Part shown: positions 11,354-24,110 of the stretch, piece after piece
How positions within the stretch are numbered: the stretch's first letter is position 1
Layout: the number at the start of each line of letters is the position of its first letter
NCBI GenBank assembly: GCA_900617105.1
Contig: UYFQ01000621.1
Location: 62,001 to 103,250 of the forward strand
From: Hydrurus foetidus
Taxonomy: Eukaryota
Direction of reading: 5' to 3'
Length of the DNA stretch: 41,250 nt
Made by a program: the position numbers and the translations under genes
The notes under the pieces: generated by a model
Seen by the model: only the letters and a program-made list of their open reading frames with translations
Databases searched by the model: none
What the model was told of the DNA's origin: nothing

Positions 11354-13089
11354 CACAATCTTGCTTACACGAATATATTCTTTCATACTATGTATACGAC
11401 TACATGCATATCATTCACGAATTCAAGCATTATCTCACAACAATCATATTTGTACTGTTGCTATTCTGCGATTGTGGGATAGTTTGCTTACCTATTACTA
11501 TGCTAGTAACCGTAGAATATTTGTATTAGTTGATATTTATCTTGTTAGTTCAATTGCATGCATAGTTTTATTTATTCTTCTTAAGCTCTTTGTCTTCTCT
11601 TTCACTACTCTAACCCCTATAAAAACTCAAAACCTACCCCCTAATTCTTACCCCCTAAATCCCGTCCCCTTCAACACTGTTAAATCGGCCCCTTTTTTTC
11701 TTTTTTTATCAGGAGCCTGTACTGCAAAGCTCTCGCACCAATTTGGAATGATCTAGGCGAGAAGTTCAAGGGTAACAAGAACGCCACTATTGTGAAGATG
11801 AACAGCACTGTCAATGAATGTGATTTACCAGGCGGGGATGTGGTATCATATCCAACTATCTTTCTCTTTCAAGGGGACAACAAGGTCGTAAATATTTATG
11901 TAATGCGGAACTATCTACAATGCCTCTTCTGTCATATATCACACAGCGTGGTTCTGTTAAGATTTTCCTTGCAATTTGAATTCTATTCTTTTTTCTGTAA
12001 TACAGAGGTACACATCTGTACATATGTCAATATAGCAACCTTTTTAAGCATTCATCCATGTATAACACTACGATATCGATTTTGAATAACTATGGATATC
12101 TTTTTTACATTGCACTATTTTATCTTAAACCTTTTTTATTTCACTCCATTTCTGTACTATCGTGCTGATATTTCGTTATTTTTATAATACCATGTACTTT
12201 TATAAAATCGCTTTCATGATGCATATTTCGCCAGCAAAAATGAAATCCATCTAAGTTTTCTAATCTGTTTCTCTTATTTCACATTGGACTTGAGTAATAT
12301 TTAAGAATCACGAAATACTGTTTGTTTTTTGCTTTTCTATTCACGCATATTTCCGCATTTTCCAGGCCAAACCAATCGATTACAATATGGCTGGAGGTGA
12401 AAGAGAAGTTCAATCGCTCGTTGACTTTTTACGCCGTGAAGCCCACAACTCTTTTGAGGAGCTGTAACAGAAAAGAGAAGAGAAGAGAATATGTGAAGTC
12501 TTGAAATTTTGTTTACTAGTGTAGAATAATCCGTGACGAAAATCGAAACCGCCGGAAGAATGAAATCGCATCCAACTTCCCAAGGTGACGATTTTATAAT
12601 TGTGCCACTTGGGGTGATTTACACGTTTATTTGAGTTATACTGCCGACGACCTTTCCTTGATGATTTATGCGGTAACTTCAAGCCACATTTTACTTAAAG
12701 CGACACAGCCAATTCGGCCTGGCCCATGCACAGGAGACACTATTATTGTTTTTTCCGTACAGTACGAGATATTGCGCGCGTACGTGTTCGGAACTCGGAC
12801 TTCGCATCAGAACTTCGAACTGCTTCTCTCGCCTTTCTTCCTTCCTCAACTCAAGGGTCACGGAACGCGTATGCTGAATCTGTAACGCAGAGGGTAATAG
12901 GATGTCAAACCAGGAGGAGTATTCATAAACTCTGAAAGTTTTCAGGACGATCGTCGGCAGTTGCATACCGAGCGTTGCCGGTTGCAGCAGCTTTCTGGTC
13001 ACCGCCTTTCCACCGGTAGATATTACTGACGTCGCAGCTATCTGTTCTTTGACGGCATCTTCTTCTACACATCTCTTGTATTCTGAAAT

Positions 13090-16000
13090 ATGTTCACATC
13101 TGAGAAGTCAACGATTTCTGCAAAAAGATCAGTCAGTACCGATCAGAGTAGTTTGCCTCTTCTTGGTGGAGACAAGAAGAATGACGGACATCAATCCGAA
13201 AGACTATACGTTAAAATCAAATCAGGCGACACCAGTGAGATTGAGATCGACATTTCAGAGTCGGAGACAGTCGACGAACTGAAAGCAAAATTAGTTGCTA
13301 AATTGAATATAATTGGGAAAAGAGTTCGACTCATCGCTAGCGGCCGCATGCTGGAGCCAGGAAGCAAATATCTTATAGCAGATTTTAAAGTAAACCCCGG
13401 AGCTTTTATTCACGTTGTTATCACAGAGAACATTCCAAATTATGCTGTTGGCTCTAATGGTCCAGCTTTGAATGAGTCCACTCCTAGCGCTCCCAGCAAT
13501 ACGACATTCCGAGGACTCGACCAATTAAGCGAAGGTGTGTTCCCTCAGAAGAATCTATTCAGCGCGATTTCCCAACCACTCGCACCTGCATATGTAGACC
13601 TACTGAACATCTTACTCGAAACAATCGCCACTTCTCCCACTGAACCCAATTACTTTGACAAAATTCCCTTTCTTTCACATTTATTTGACCTTGCAGCTGA
13701 TATGACCGCTGATGAGGTAGCAGCCGTCAGATCATCTTTCTTACGGTCTATTGATCGCTTTGGCGTGCAGAATGGACTCCAAAGGGCACCTGATGAAACG
13801 CCAACGACTTTCAGGTTTAGACTGGAAGAAATATGGATGGATGCTCAAGGTGAGACTGAGATAGGAAATAGCGAAATAGATTTAAAGGTCCCGCAAGGAA
13901 TTGGGACTAGGATCGAGATAGAATTGAGATATAGCAGTCGATGATAGACGGATGATATCATGACAGATATGCCAAGTCGTGGTAGAGATGGAGCGAGATT
14001 GTACTGTCGTGGGAGAGAATAGGGAAGAAAGTGCTAGGCCGGAGCAGACACGCCGTAAAAAGAGAATTAAACATTTATCAGCAATAACAGATATGGAGAA
14101 GAGGCTACCTTCTGCATGCGCGAGAATTATTATTTATGAGAATATTTGAACTATTCCAAGACAGATAGAGAAGAAGCTGATGATAATATGGAGAGAAAGT
14201 GACCGAAATTTACGATGACTCTCTTAAAAAAAAGTGCGTGAACAATACCGTGAGCGAGATATTCAGAAGAACATGATAGAGGATTGTGGGATATTTTATT
14301 GTAGGAGAAGAAGAGTACATTGCAGAAGAGAAGTTGCGATTACCATCAGATTAAAAAAAGTGTAAATCCTGTGGGTTACAAAAAAGAGGATAAAGATGGA
14401 TTTTTAAAATTGTTATGACCTGAAGAGTTCTTCAATTTCCACCAAATTTGCTGTTTGTAGACAGTATCTCATGGAATCTATCAGACATCTTTCAAATATC
14501 ATAATATTGATTATAGCGAGATATTGTCCTGCATTTAAGGCCATGAAAAAGAAGTACATCTAAATTACACTTTCAATCCACTCGTTTACACTTAGCCTCT
14601 TTCATTGCTTTCACACAATTCTTCCTGTTCCCTCCCAGATTCAATCTCCTCCACTACTCGTCACTATTTTGATCTATACCCCGCACTTATTTTTGTTTTT
14701 TTCCACCATTTTATTTATTTATTTATTCTTCAGAAACGAATAGCGAGTTTTACATGAATCTCCCCCCGGAAGCTCTGCGGCTGCGATCCTCTAGAATTGC
14801 CACTAGAGGAGGATTTAGTGGAGTGTCATCTACTGGTGAGTAAATCGAAGGGAGACGGAGGAGAAAGGGTGATATGGAGGGAATAAATGAGAGGGAGGGT
14901 GACAGTGGTAGAGTAAGGGCGGAAGGGAGGGTGATAGTGGTGGAACAAAGGATGAAATAGAGATTGGCGAATGGAGAGTTTAAGAATAGTTGAGAAGGAC
15001 GGGTGGATAGAAAGTGGGAATAAAAAAGGAGGGGTAGAGGAAGAGGGAGAGTGATAGAGAGAGATGTAGGGAGGGTAAAAAGGAATGAACGAGGAAGAAA
15101 TTGAGTGAGTGAGATGGTGTAGGGCAACTGCATAGGTGTCAATTATCTTATTGATGCGCAGATATGCAATAAAAGACCTTCAGAGTGAGTCAATGGGGAG
15201 TAGGTCGATAAACAGCTTAATGGTTTATTCAGAAGAATGAAGATCGTAAGATGGTATAATTTTGAAAGTAGTAGGTGAATAAGAAGGTAAATAGGCAAAT
15301 GCGTGGGTTGATAGAGATGAGTTAGCGATAGACTATGACGTACGAGATAAAGAGTTAGATAGATCTCTGTGAGGGACAAGAAGTGAGATGATCGATGAAC
15401 ACTTCTTACACCAAGATATCAATCTAATTTATCTGGCTGAAGAGCGCAACGTTATCTTTGCCCTTCGTGCTTTTCCCCTTCATTCACAGAGCAGACTCTA
15501 TTCCTTGCACAAGTATCCAGTTTTTACCTAGTGTACCTTGTAGTAGTTGACGACAGTTCATGTTATCTTTAACGTAAATTTTCTTCTGATATTTAGGCGC
15601 AGAGGGGAACAATATGTTTTCTATGACGTCACTACAAATCAGTAGAAATGATTATAGCCTCAGCGATGATGAGTCGTCTGTAGGAACGTTGAGAGACTTC
15701 ATGTTGGGGATTGTTGTTGGATATTTTTTAGGTGAGAATTGAACTTTTTGTGATCTATTGAACACCAGTTCTTAAATTTATTTCTTTTGAGCTGTATATC
15801 GAAATCTTAATTGATTAGTATATTTATCCATTGATTCGTTCATGTAGATGGTAAGGTGTATAAAGTCTAATATATTTAATCTATATTTTAATCTGATTAT
15901 TCTTGAAAAGCGAATGCTTTTGACATCAAATATTTCTCCGTCCTTTTCCATCGATTTCCACACTAATTAACCGGTCGACTTTACACTTAGCTATTGTTGG

Positions 16001-17521
16001 AATATCTCGCCATATCTACAATTTGATAGTGTTTATGTACAACACCTAAATTCCTCCGTAAATTAAAGGAATTTATTTCACCATCTAACGAGATAAATAA
16101 TGATGTTAGCATACAACAGATAAAATGACACCATTTTACGAGCGTAGTTTATGTCTTCTACTCACTATCTAAACAAACATAAACTAATCATATTTATAAT
16201 TATCAGGTGGCATAATGTTGTTCTGTCTGTGGGACAGAGGATTTACCCATAAATTCAAAGTTGGTATTTTAATCGGAGTTACACTTCAAATATTCAGTGG
16301 GGTCGCTCAGGTCAGCTTTTTCTAGTTTTTTTTGAATTGGTTGACGCATCATAGACAGTATAATAGATGCATCGATTGCCGACACTCTATGACTACATTC
16401 GAAATCATTTAGATTACTGCTTTAAGTTTTACTGGGAGTCAAATATCTCCATAATCTCATATCTTACTGGAATTAAAAATTTTCTATTCTTCTCAACATA
16501 CTCACCTAAATCAAAATCCGCAGTAAATTAAATCAAACTTACTCATCTTAACTGCATGAATGTAGAGTACGGGGCAATCTGGCACGAACCCGGCCGGGTC
16601 TACCGTGGCCGTAACACAGCATCCCGGCTTGGCAAGCAATAGGTGGATATTGGATATGCTGTTATTTCTACGAAATCTTTTTGTCATACGACTGTATTCA
16701 TGTGCTTCTTCAACGCCACCGTGTTTGTTGTGCTGTACAACTTTCTCTTTCGTCTATCTCACGCCATTTGGGTTCCATTTGTTTACCTGATGCACCAGTT
16801 CAACATCTAATCATATCAATTTGTTTTTCAAGACATTTAACAAAAATGTTTATTTTCGATACGACCGTACTGTAACTTTCACAAATCATATTTGTCTTTC
16901 ATTCATTGATCATTGCATCTTTTGCTACTTCCTATCGTCACTACTTTATCGTTACGTCATGACATCCCACTTCTCATTTTACTGTTCTCACAAAGGATAG
17001 TTAACATTTTTCTTTTGTACAGTGGCGATGGAGTGGCGCACAGCGGGAACAGCACTTTATCTCTCATTCTTCCGGCCCTTTCTTCCTCCTCTACTCCTTC
17101 TGCTTCCTCTCTGATATTGCCCGCTATGGTCTCTTCGTTTGATCTAGCTTTACTCAGCGCTGCCATTCCAACCATCTACACAGCTCTTACCACCCCTATC
17201 CTATCGTCCTCTTCATCCTCTTCTTCTTCTTCTTCCGAGCACGTAGAGTCCTCAATACTCTTACACGGCGCTTCATCTCCATCCTCTTCCCTTTCCACAC
17301 ATACATCCTCTCCACCTCTTTCTCTACCTCCTTATTTATCTCTTTGTGAGGCGGAATCTTCACAGGCTTTATCGCATCCATGTCTCCTTCATCCTACTTC
17401 ACCTTCTCCCTTAGGTAGACTATGGTATGATCCATCAGTGTTGAATTTGTTCGGGAGGAGCAATGGACAAAAAGATGCACAATCAAATACTCATTTTCTC
17501 CGCGGATCTATAAGTCAATAA
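13090..17521 (+). CDS. Dsc3-like (DSC E3 ligase complex subunit 3 / DUF2407) protein, join(13090..13534,13697..13849,14734..14835,15597..15731,16207..16310,16566..16642,17023..17521)
   Basis: N-terminal ubiquitin-like domain (ETVDELKAKL...VRLIASGRML...FIHVVI), then RGLDQL..MTADEVAAVRSSF...RLEEIWMD, then DFMLGIVVGYFLGGIMLFCLWD...KVGILIG hydrophobic segments, resembling Dsc3 C-terminal motifs from memory. All six introns are GT-AG with compatible phases. Ser-rich tail. The start codon and last two exons are less certain. Confidence 0.8.
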
Positions 17522-18779
17522 TATTTACAAATAAAAAACAAGTTATATTGAAAAAAAGCAACAATAAAATCCAAATGTTTTTGAATGAGAAATATTGAAT
17601 CACACAAAATAACATAATTTAATACATTGAAACTTTTATAATGCTATTTATGTTTGCCTGAGGAACTTACTGTAAAATATGAAGGAAATTTGTTGACAAG
17701 AAGATCCAATCGACAAAAACACATAGAGTCTATCTTTATATTTTTCAATGGCAAAAAGTCAAGAAAATACTTACTTACCTAGTTTCCTCTTTTCTCCTCC
17801 TCTTCATCCTCCAATTTCCCATCTCCTCCAATTCTATTTGTGTCCGTTCTCTTATATATATTTTGCCTCAATTCCTTCAATTTGTCGTTTGCCTCCTTAA
17901 TCTATCTATCTATTTTTCTTTTTTTCACACTTTTGCTGTGCTGCGACCCAATCTCACTCGATTATCTGTTTTCACTTTCATTTATTTTTACTTTTTTGTT
18001 TATTGCAACCTTGACGCAATCTAACATTATTGAAAAAACTTGAAATTAGAATTTAGTTTTCCTTCTTCCTATCTTCTCCTTTCCCCTTTTTTCATTTTCA
18101 CTACTCTGAAGTTTTCGAAACTATTTTTTTAATTTTTTCTACATACGTACTTCACTTGCTTATAAATAAATGAAGAGACAATATGCCCCCTGGAACATCA
18201 CATTAGTTCCCTTCATGATCAAAATTCATTTGAAAGAGGAAACGACAAATTAAAGCTTTTCCAAAAGATTTCTTCTTGTCGCGAGTTAAAAAGGAATGAC
18301 TGATTGATTTCCTGAGAGGAACCACTATTTAGTGCTTTGATGCTCCAAGAAGTTGTAACTGCCCTCATCAGTAGTGAAATATTTCTATCAAATAGAGATG
18401 CATGGATGACCATGCGAATCATGAAATTACAAGCAATGTCTCGTTATGCAAAATTAAGTGCCGTCTCCGTCTGACTTCTTGATGACAGCGATTTGAAAAC
18501 GGGACTTAATCTTGAGATAAATAACAAATAAATCAAATGGAAATGAAATAGCCAGTAGTTGTGTTAATCTTCAAGAATGACTCCCTGCGTGCGTTTTGCT
18601 GAAGTAGGGATGAGAAAAAAGAGATCGTTACATTAGAAAAAATGGAGAGATCATTGAAGATCAAAAATCGAAAATCGAGATTGATCACAAACTTTTTTGG
18701 GAAAAAAAAGAAGACTGTGGGACTCAAGCACCATCTAATTGAATGACCTCTCTTTGAATTTTTTAAAATACGTTGTTGG

Positions 18780-19127
18780 TGTTGGGGTTTTCGGCTAATC
18801 CGGTGGATATAGCAACTCCGCGTAACTCGTGACTTGGACCCAAGACTCGTGAAATAAGACTGTATGTTTAATCACTTGATAATTAAACTTGTATCGCTGT
18901 CTCCACACGACGGCAACACAGTCCTTTACAATCATCAAGATCGAATCACACATCAGTCAATGCACAGTATCTTGAACGGACAAAGTCTGTGAAGACTATA
19001 CAGCCAACGGGGTCCCGGCCACTACCCCAAGGGTACACGCCGCTGTCCGTCGGGATCCACGCACACACACACACACACACACACACAACTACTACAGTGT
19101 CTTTTCTCTTTTCCCGATACTCCAACA
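18780..19127 (-). repeat. 3' LTR of Copia 1 (348 bp)
   Basis: TGTTGG...CCAACA termini. Direct repeat of 24110-24459. Contains (CA)n. Confidence 0.95.
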
Positions 19128-19272
19128 CATCCAACAGGCACACAGTAGTTCAGCATGATTTTATGTAAGAGACTCAATAGCAGAAACATAATGAATTGAT
19201 TTGCACAGCAGACACACTCATGTGAATTGATTTGCATAACAGTTAAAATTAATAGCATCATAAAGTTTCGTT

Positions 19273-22200
19273 TTAGATCTTCTCCGCGCGACTCGTCCAT
19301 CCGTTGAGCGCGTCCCTCTCTCTGATGAATTGGGCTCCCTGGAGCGGCTTGGTGAGCACGTTCGCGTACATGTCCTCCGTGCGCAGGTACTCGATTCTCG
19401 CCTCGCCCGTGTCCACTCTCTCCTTCACCCAGAAGTAGCGGATCTGGATGTGTCTTGTACGCTCCACCACCGAGCGTCCACGTCCAATGAGTGCGATGCA
19501 CGACTGGTTGTCCTGCAGGATGGTGACCGGCGGCATTCCATATCCCTGTGACATGAGAAAGTTAGGAATGAAAATCCCCTGGTTCGCAGAGTCTGATAGG
19601 CCCACGAGCTCCGCCTCCGTGCTCGACTTCGTCACTATGAGCTGTTTGCTCGACCTGCAGTGAACCGCTCCTACATCTCCGATGACGATGCAGCTTCCAG
19701 TGTGATACTTCGCATCATGGTGGACACCGTAAGATGCGTCCACGAATATCTTTACAGTGATACCAGCCAGACCCGGCATAAGTACCACGCCGCTGTCCCG
19801 TGTCCCGGCGATGTATCGTATGAGGCGCTGGAGCTTGTCGACGTCGTCGGTGGTGCATTTGGTCACACGAGTGGACAGGTAAGATACCGCAGTGAGGCAC
19901 TCCGGCTTAGTGCGTTTTGCCAGATAGAGCACCATTGCGACGATCTTGTGGAACCATACTCAGGTGGGCTCCGCTACTAACTCTGCATCCTCTCTGTACT
20001 CGAACAGTCCGTCGGTTGCGGGTGATCTGGCTGTACCGCGCACCCCGGATGTGGACACGACCTCATCAGTGTATCCTCGCATGGTGATCTCCGCGCGACC
20101 TGGTGAGGATAGATTCACGGACATACCAAGGTAGTTCGCAACAGGTCCGAGTGCAAGTGTTATCGCACCGTACTTACTCCGCAGCCCATCGACTATGTGA
20201 GTCAACGCCGCCTTGTTCTTGCACATGACGAGGAGGTCGTCTACATGCACTACTGCAGTGCACTGTGATCCGTCTGACCAGACTCGGTTGAACACGCACT
20301 GATCGCATCCGTTCCTCACATACCCCAGATAGCTCATAGTCGTCTTCAAATCATCATACCATAGGCCCGCACTCTCCACACACCCATATAGAGCCTTCTT
20401 GAGGCGCACGCACTCTCCACACACCCATATAGAGCCTTCTTGAACCTCCCTCATCAACGTACTTCTTGTACCTGCCGTCGATGTCTCTGATGAAGTCGGA
20501 CATCGTACGGTCAAGTCGCACGTGCACCGGCACACCCTTCCTCATGTCAGCATTCAAAAATGCCCCCGTGATACCCACCACAGCTACATGACGATGTTCA
20601 TGTGCTGCCACTGCTAGCAAAGTGAACACTGCGCTGGTTGACACCGTCGGTGAGGATAAGTCGTCATACAGTCCCTTGTCTTGCTGGTCCCCCCCAGCTA
20701 CCAGTCGTGCCTTGAGCTTATGGAAGCTCCCGTCTCGATGATTCTTCCTCTTGAGAAACATGGATGATCGCATGATCGCTGATCGCTGTGATGCTGTGAG
20801 CACTGCTCCTGACACCGGTACCCATACCTTCTTGTCTAGCATTTGCTTCAACTCATGAATGATCACCTTACTCGCTGCATCACCCCTAGTTCGCAGCGCC
20901 TCCTTCACGCTGATGTTGGCTGTGTCGCTGTTAGCGAGCTCTGCTCGGTGCCGTTTGAGCACCTCCTCGATGCTGTGCAGTATGGCTGTCGGCCCGGTCG
21001 CGGTTGTACGTACACTCCGGTTGGCAGTAACGAAGGCCCACTCTCCAGTCCGGAAGAACTCGATGACTCGCGGTGGTGGTGATGGTGGTGGTGTGTGCAC
21101 TGCCAGTGCGATCTCCTGCTCAATCGCTGAGTACTCAGCCGGTGGTGGTGATGGTTGCGCTACGTCAGTTGGTATCGCGATCACACCCGGTTCCCCTTGG
21201 GGGATGTGCGGTGATGCGAGTATCGATGGAGGGTAGTCGGTGTCATCCGGTTGAGGCAGTTGAGACTCCATAATACCAAGTCCTAGTCCCACAGGTACCC
21301 CCCCCCCACTTCGTATTGTGAGAGCTCGATGACGCTGTCTGCTCTAGGAAGATCTGCTATGACCGGTTGAGATTGAGGTCCAGTATGTTGGTTTCCCATC
21401 TGACTATTGACAACACCATCCTGAGTGGGGGGGTTGGTAATGAAGAGTGGCATGTTAGATTTGTCGACACTATTTGCAAATAACAGTTCATCAAACACAT
21501 TTGTTTTAGTTTTGGTTATTTTCTTCCCCTCTCGTATGGCCCAGGAGTTCAACATCTGAATGACGGACTGGGGCATGGGTAGGATCTTGAACTGGTCTCG
21601 TGTCACGATTTTGCCAGATGTTAGCGATAGCATTTTGAATGATCCAGTCCGGTTGTGAGTGGGAAGCATCACAATGCAGTCTTCGGTGCGAGATTCCATC
21701 GTGTTATTGGTGTTGGGAACGGTGCATACGGCATAGTCTCCGAATGCCGCACGAAAGTCCAGGGTCCCGTCAACCCGCCGTCCGGGAAAAACTTATCGCC
21801 GCGAAAGACCCCCGGGCCGTGATCCTGATTGCTGACAGTTGATACGAGAGACACAGTATAAGGCAAGCATAGTATTACCCAAGTCAGTCAGCGTAAATGG
21901 AAGTCGTCCGAAAATGTGTGCTCAATACCGTTCTTTAACCATTTGGATTCTACGCTCGATTCTGGCAACATGCCCCCCAGCTGCGCTGATATCAACCTCG
22001 ATCCCAGCAGCCATGAGATTAGGCACGATTTTTCCTATAGCACCTTCCCCGTCGCTCATGATAACTCGGACTGAAAAGTTCCTAGAAGCTAGGGTACGTA
22101 TCATATCATCTAGCGCACCCTTCACCACTGGCGTTGATCGTGAGGGTTTCGAGAAATCTAGTCGTATGAGGCTGCTGGCGAGGATCAAGTCCCGAGGGGT

Positions 22201-24084
22201 AGATACGCCAATCAGTACCGCTGTGTTATCGATGAAGGCAATGTCTACACTTAAGACTTGCTCCACTTGTGCTAGCGCAGGTGTTAGCGAGACGTTCGAC
22301 ACCGCCGTCTTCATTTTAAGCGTTTTGCCTTTCAGGGTGGCAAGACATTTCCCCCATATAGAATGAGCCACTCTGAAATCGTTCTCTGAGACGTTGAAAT
22401 TGTTCCCTCCATGAACCATGGCGATGACCATCTCTACTGGAGGGTATCCCATCCTTCCAAGCAACTCTCGAGCTCTTGCTGCCGATGCTATCTCGCGTTT
22501 TGTGTACCTCATCATGTTGTCGCTAACTGTGTTGACTAGCACCATTTCTTCTCGATGTTTCGTCGGGACTCGCTTGACCATGGTGTCTACGTCGCACACG
22601 TAGAACAGGCCGTCTGATCCTGTGACAGGTTATCTACAGAAGCTGTAGATGTTGCTGCTTCTCCTGGGCTGCAAAGTGAACCGTCCAGCTTGTTGCTCGT
22701 ACTGAATCTTGGCACCCCTATCGACCATGGCGGCAAAGGACAGGATGTTCGCTGTCGCTCCGCGACTGAAATAGACAGGGCTGACTTCCTTAAAGTCTCC
22801 CTCCAGGTCGACTCGAACTGACTTGACGCCGGCCTGGACTCCGTTGAGAAGTATCCCCTGCTTCGACCTCCGGATGTCGGTGAGAAGCCCCCCATTGCAG
22901 AAGACATTTACTGATGCCTGGTTGTCCAAAAGGACGTGACTCCTTGCGAACAGAACGACCTCATGGGTCGCCACGAAAGCCGTCTCTACGGTCCTGTCGT
23001 CGTCGTCTGGTTCTTCTTGAACCTCTGCGACAAGGGCTTGCTCGTCGCTCTTTCGATTCTCACAATCGCGAGCGTAGTGTCCCGCCAAGCCGCAGACAAA
23101 GCAAATCACTGACGATGATTTTTTCTTCGTCGTTGCAGTCTTGCCGTTGTCTTTTTTTCCGTGACCTTTTCCTTTCGTAGGCATTGCCAAATCGGTCTGT
23201 TGCCAAAAACGCGGAATGTTGCTCAGCGCCAAGGGGGACTGCTCCGTTCGCGTTCGTCCATGACGATGCAATCCTGAATGCTCCGGCTAAGGTGGAAGGG
23301 TAGCTATGCGGGAGGTTTTGTACAGCATTGTTACACATCACAGTGAGCATACATGTATACCTTTTCGGGTCAAGTTTGCTCAGGAAATCGATTGCCCTAA
23401 TCGACTCTTCCACGGGTTCCATACCAACACCCTTATTGGCTGACACTTGATTGTCAAATCTGGTCTTGAATTCGCCTATTAGCTCTCGGTCACCCTGACG
23501 AAGGTAGTTGTACCTGAGCGTCTGCTCGTGAACGTTCACCGCACGCATCGAGTCGTCTTCTCCGTACACGTGCGTGAGGTGACTGCGTTTGATGAACTGC
23601 TATAGCCTCACACTATCGAGTTGCATCCTTGCGGCCTCGAACCCAGGTTCCTCGCGCACCTTAGATTGTGACCCAGCTGACATCCTATCCCATATCATTG
23701 GAAACAGCTTTTGCTCATCGACCTTTTGAGCTTCGACAAGCTTTCTCCGTCCTTCGAACGCAGTTTCGCGAGGAATGCGGGTGGATACACCACAGGTACG
23801 ACTGCGGGTACAGGGTCCACCTCTTCATCTTCACCTTCCGCCTCATCGTCAGTATCGACATCATCTGCTGCAGGTGGTGGAGCACTCGGGTTGTAGTCCA
23901 CCTCGCGTGGATACGGTATGAAGTGGCTCACGTCGGTGCTGAAGAACATGCCTGTCATGCGATACAGCGCGCATGCATCGTTTTGCATTTCTTCCATCCA
24001 TTGCACCACGTTGTTGCCTCGTCCTATCTTCAGGATGCAAGGCTCTCTTGCAGACTTGACGACTTCTTGTTTCTTCGGCGGCAT
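19273..24084 (-). pseudogene. Copia 1 gag-pol, split into at least 8 ORF pieces
   Basis: ORFs 23695-24084, 23060-23569, 22630-23271, 21922-22599, 21283-21699, 20354-21292, 19960-20535 and 19273-19935 carry successive domains in different frames. Confidence 0.93.
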
Positions 24085-24099
24085 CTCGATGCGATGATC

Positions 24100-24110
24100 A
24101 GTTTAATTAT
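24100..24110 (-). promoter_or_regulatory. Non-tRNA primer-binding position of Copia 1 (sense ATAATTAAACT), complementary to LTR 24209-24219
   Basis: No TGG-type PBS. An 11-bp perfect inverted repeat with the LTR-internal site is seen directly. The function is inferred. Confidence 0.7.

Larger units (their letters stand above)
8819..12467 (+). pseudogene. Protein disulfide isomerase family gene remnant (b'-x-a' domains), exons about 8819-9007, 9199-9305, 11713-11884, 12366-12467
   Basis: Spliced translation gives KVALFFYDK...LMDLDNG|RKKYPYRGPMEAKAMSAFVQDFLDGKAKRILVSQP ... SLYCKALAPIWNDLGEKFKGNKNATIVKMNSTVNECDLPGGDVVSYPTIFLFQGDNK|AKPIDYN...FEEL*, typical of PDI a' thioredoxin domains with an xxEL end. 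GT-AG boundaries are present. There is a frameshift near 8990 and one expected exon is absent. Confidence 0.8.

Noticed and set aside
8180..11358. ORFs such as (HISYFIF)n, (LN)n, (FE)n and (IQ)n
   Set aside because: Translations of simple repeats with no evidence of coding.
13850..13944. C-terminal part of the 284-aa ORF as coding sequence
   Set aside because: It follows a G|GTGAG donor. Homology continues in the phase-compatible exon at 14734, so this is intron read-through.
14836..15400. Purine-rich tract and minus-strand Leu/Ser/Pro ORFs
   Set aside because: Compositional bias within an intron of the Dsc3-like gene.
18180..18770. Possible degraded gene upstream of Copia 1
   Set aside because: Only short ORFs, with no motif or consistent splice structure that I can support.
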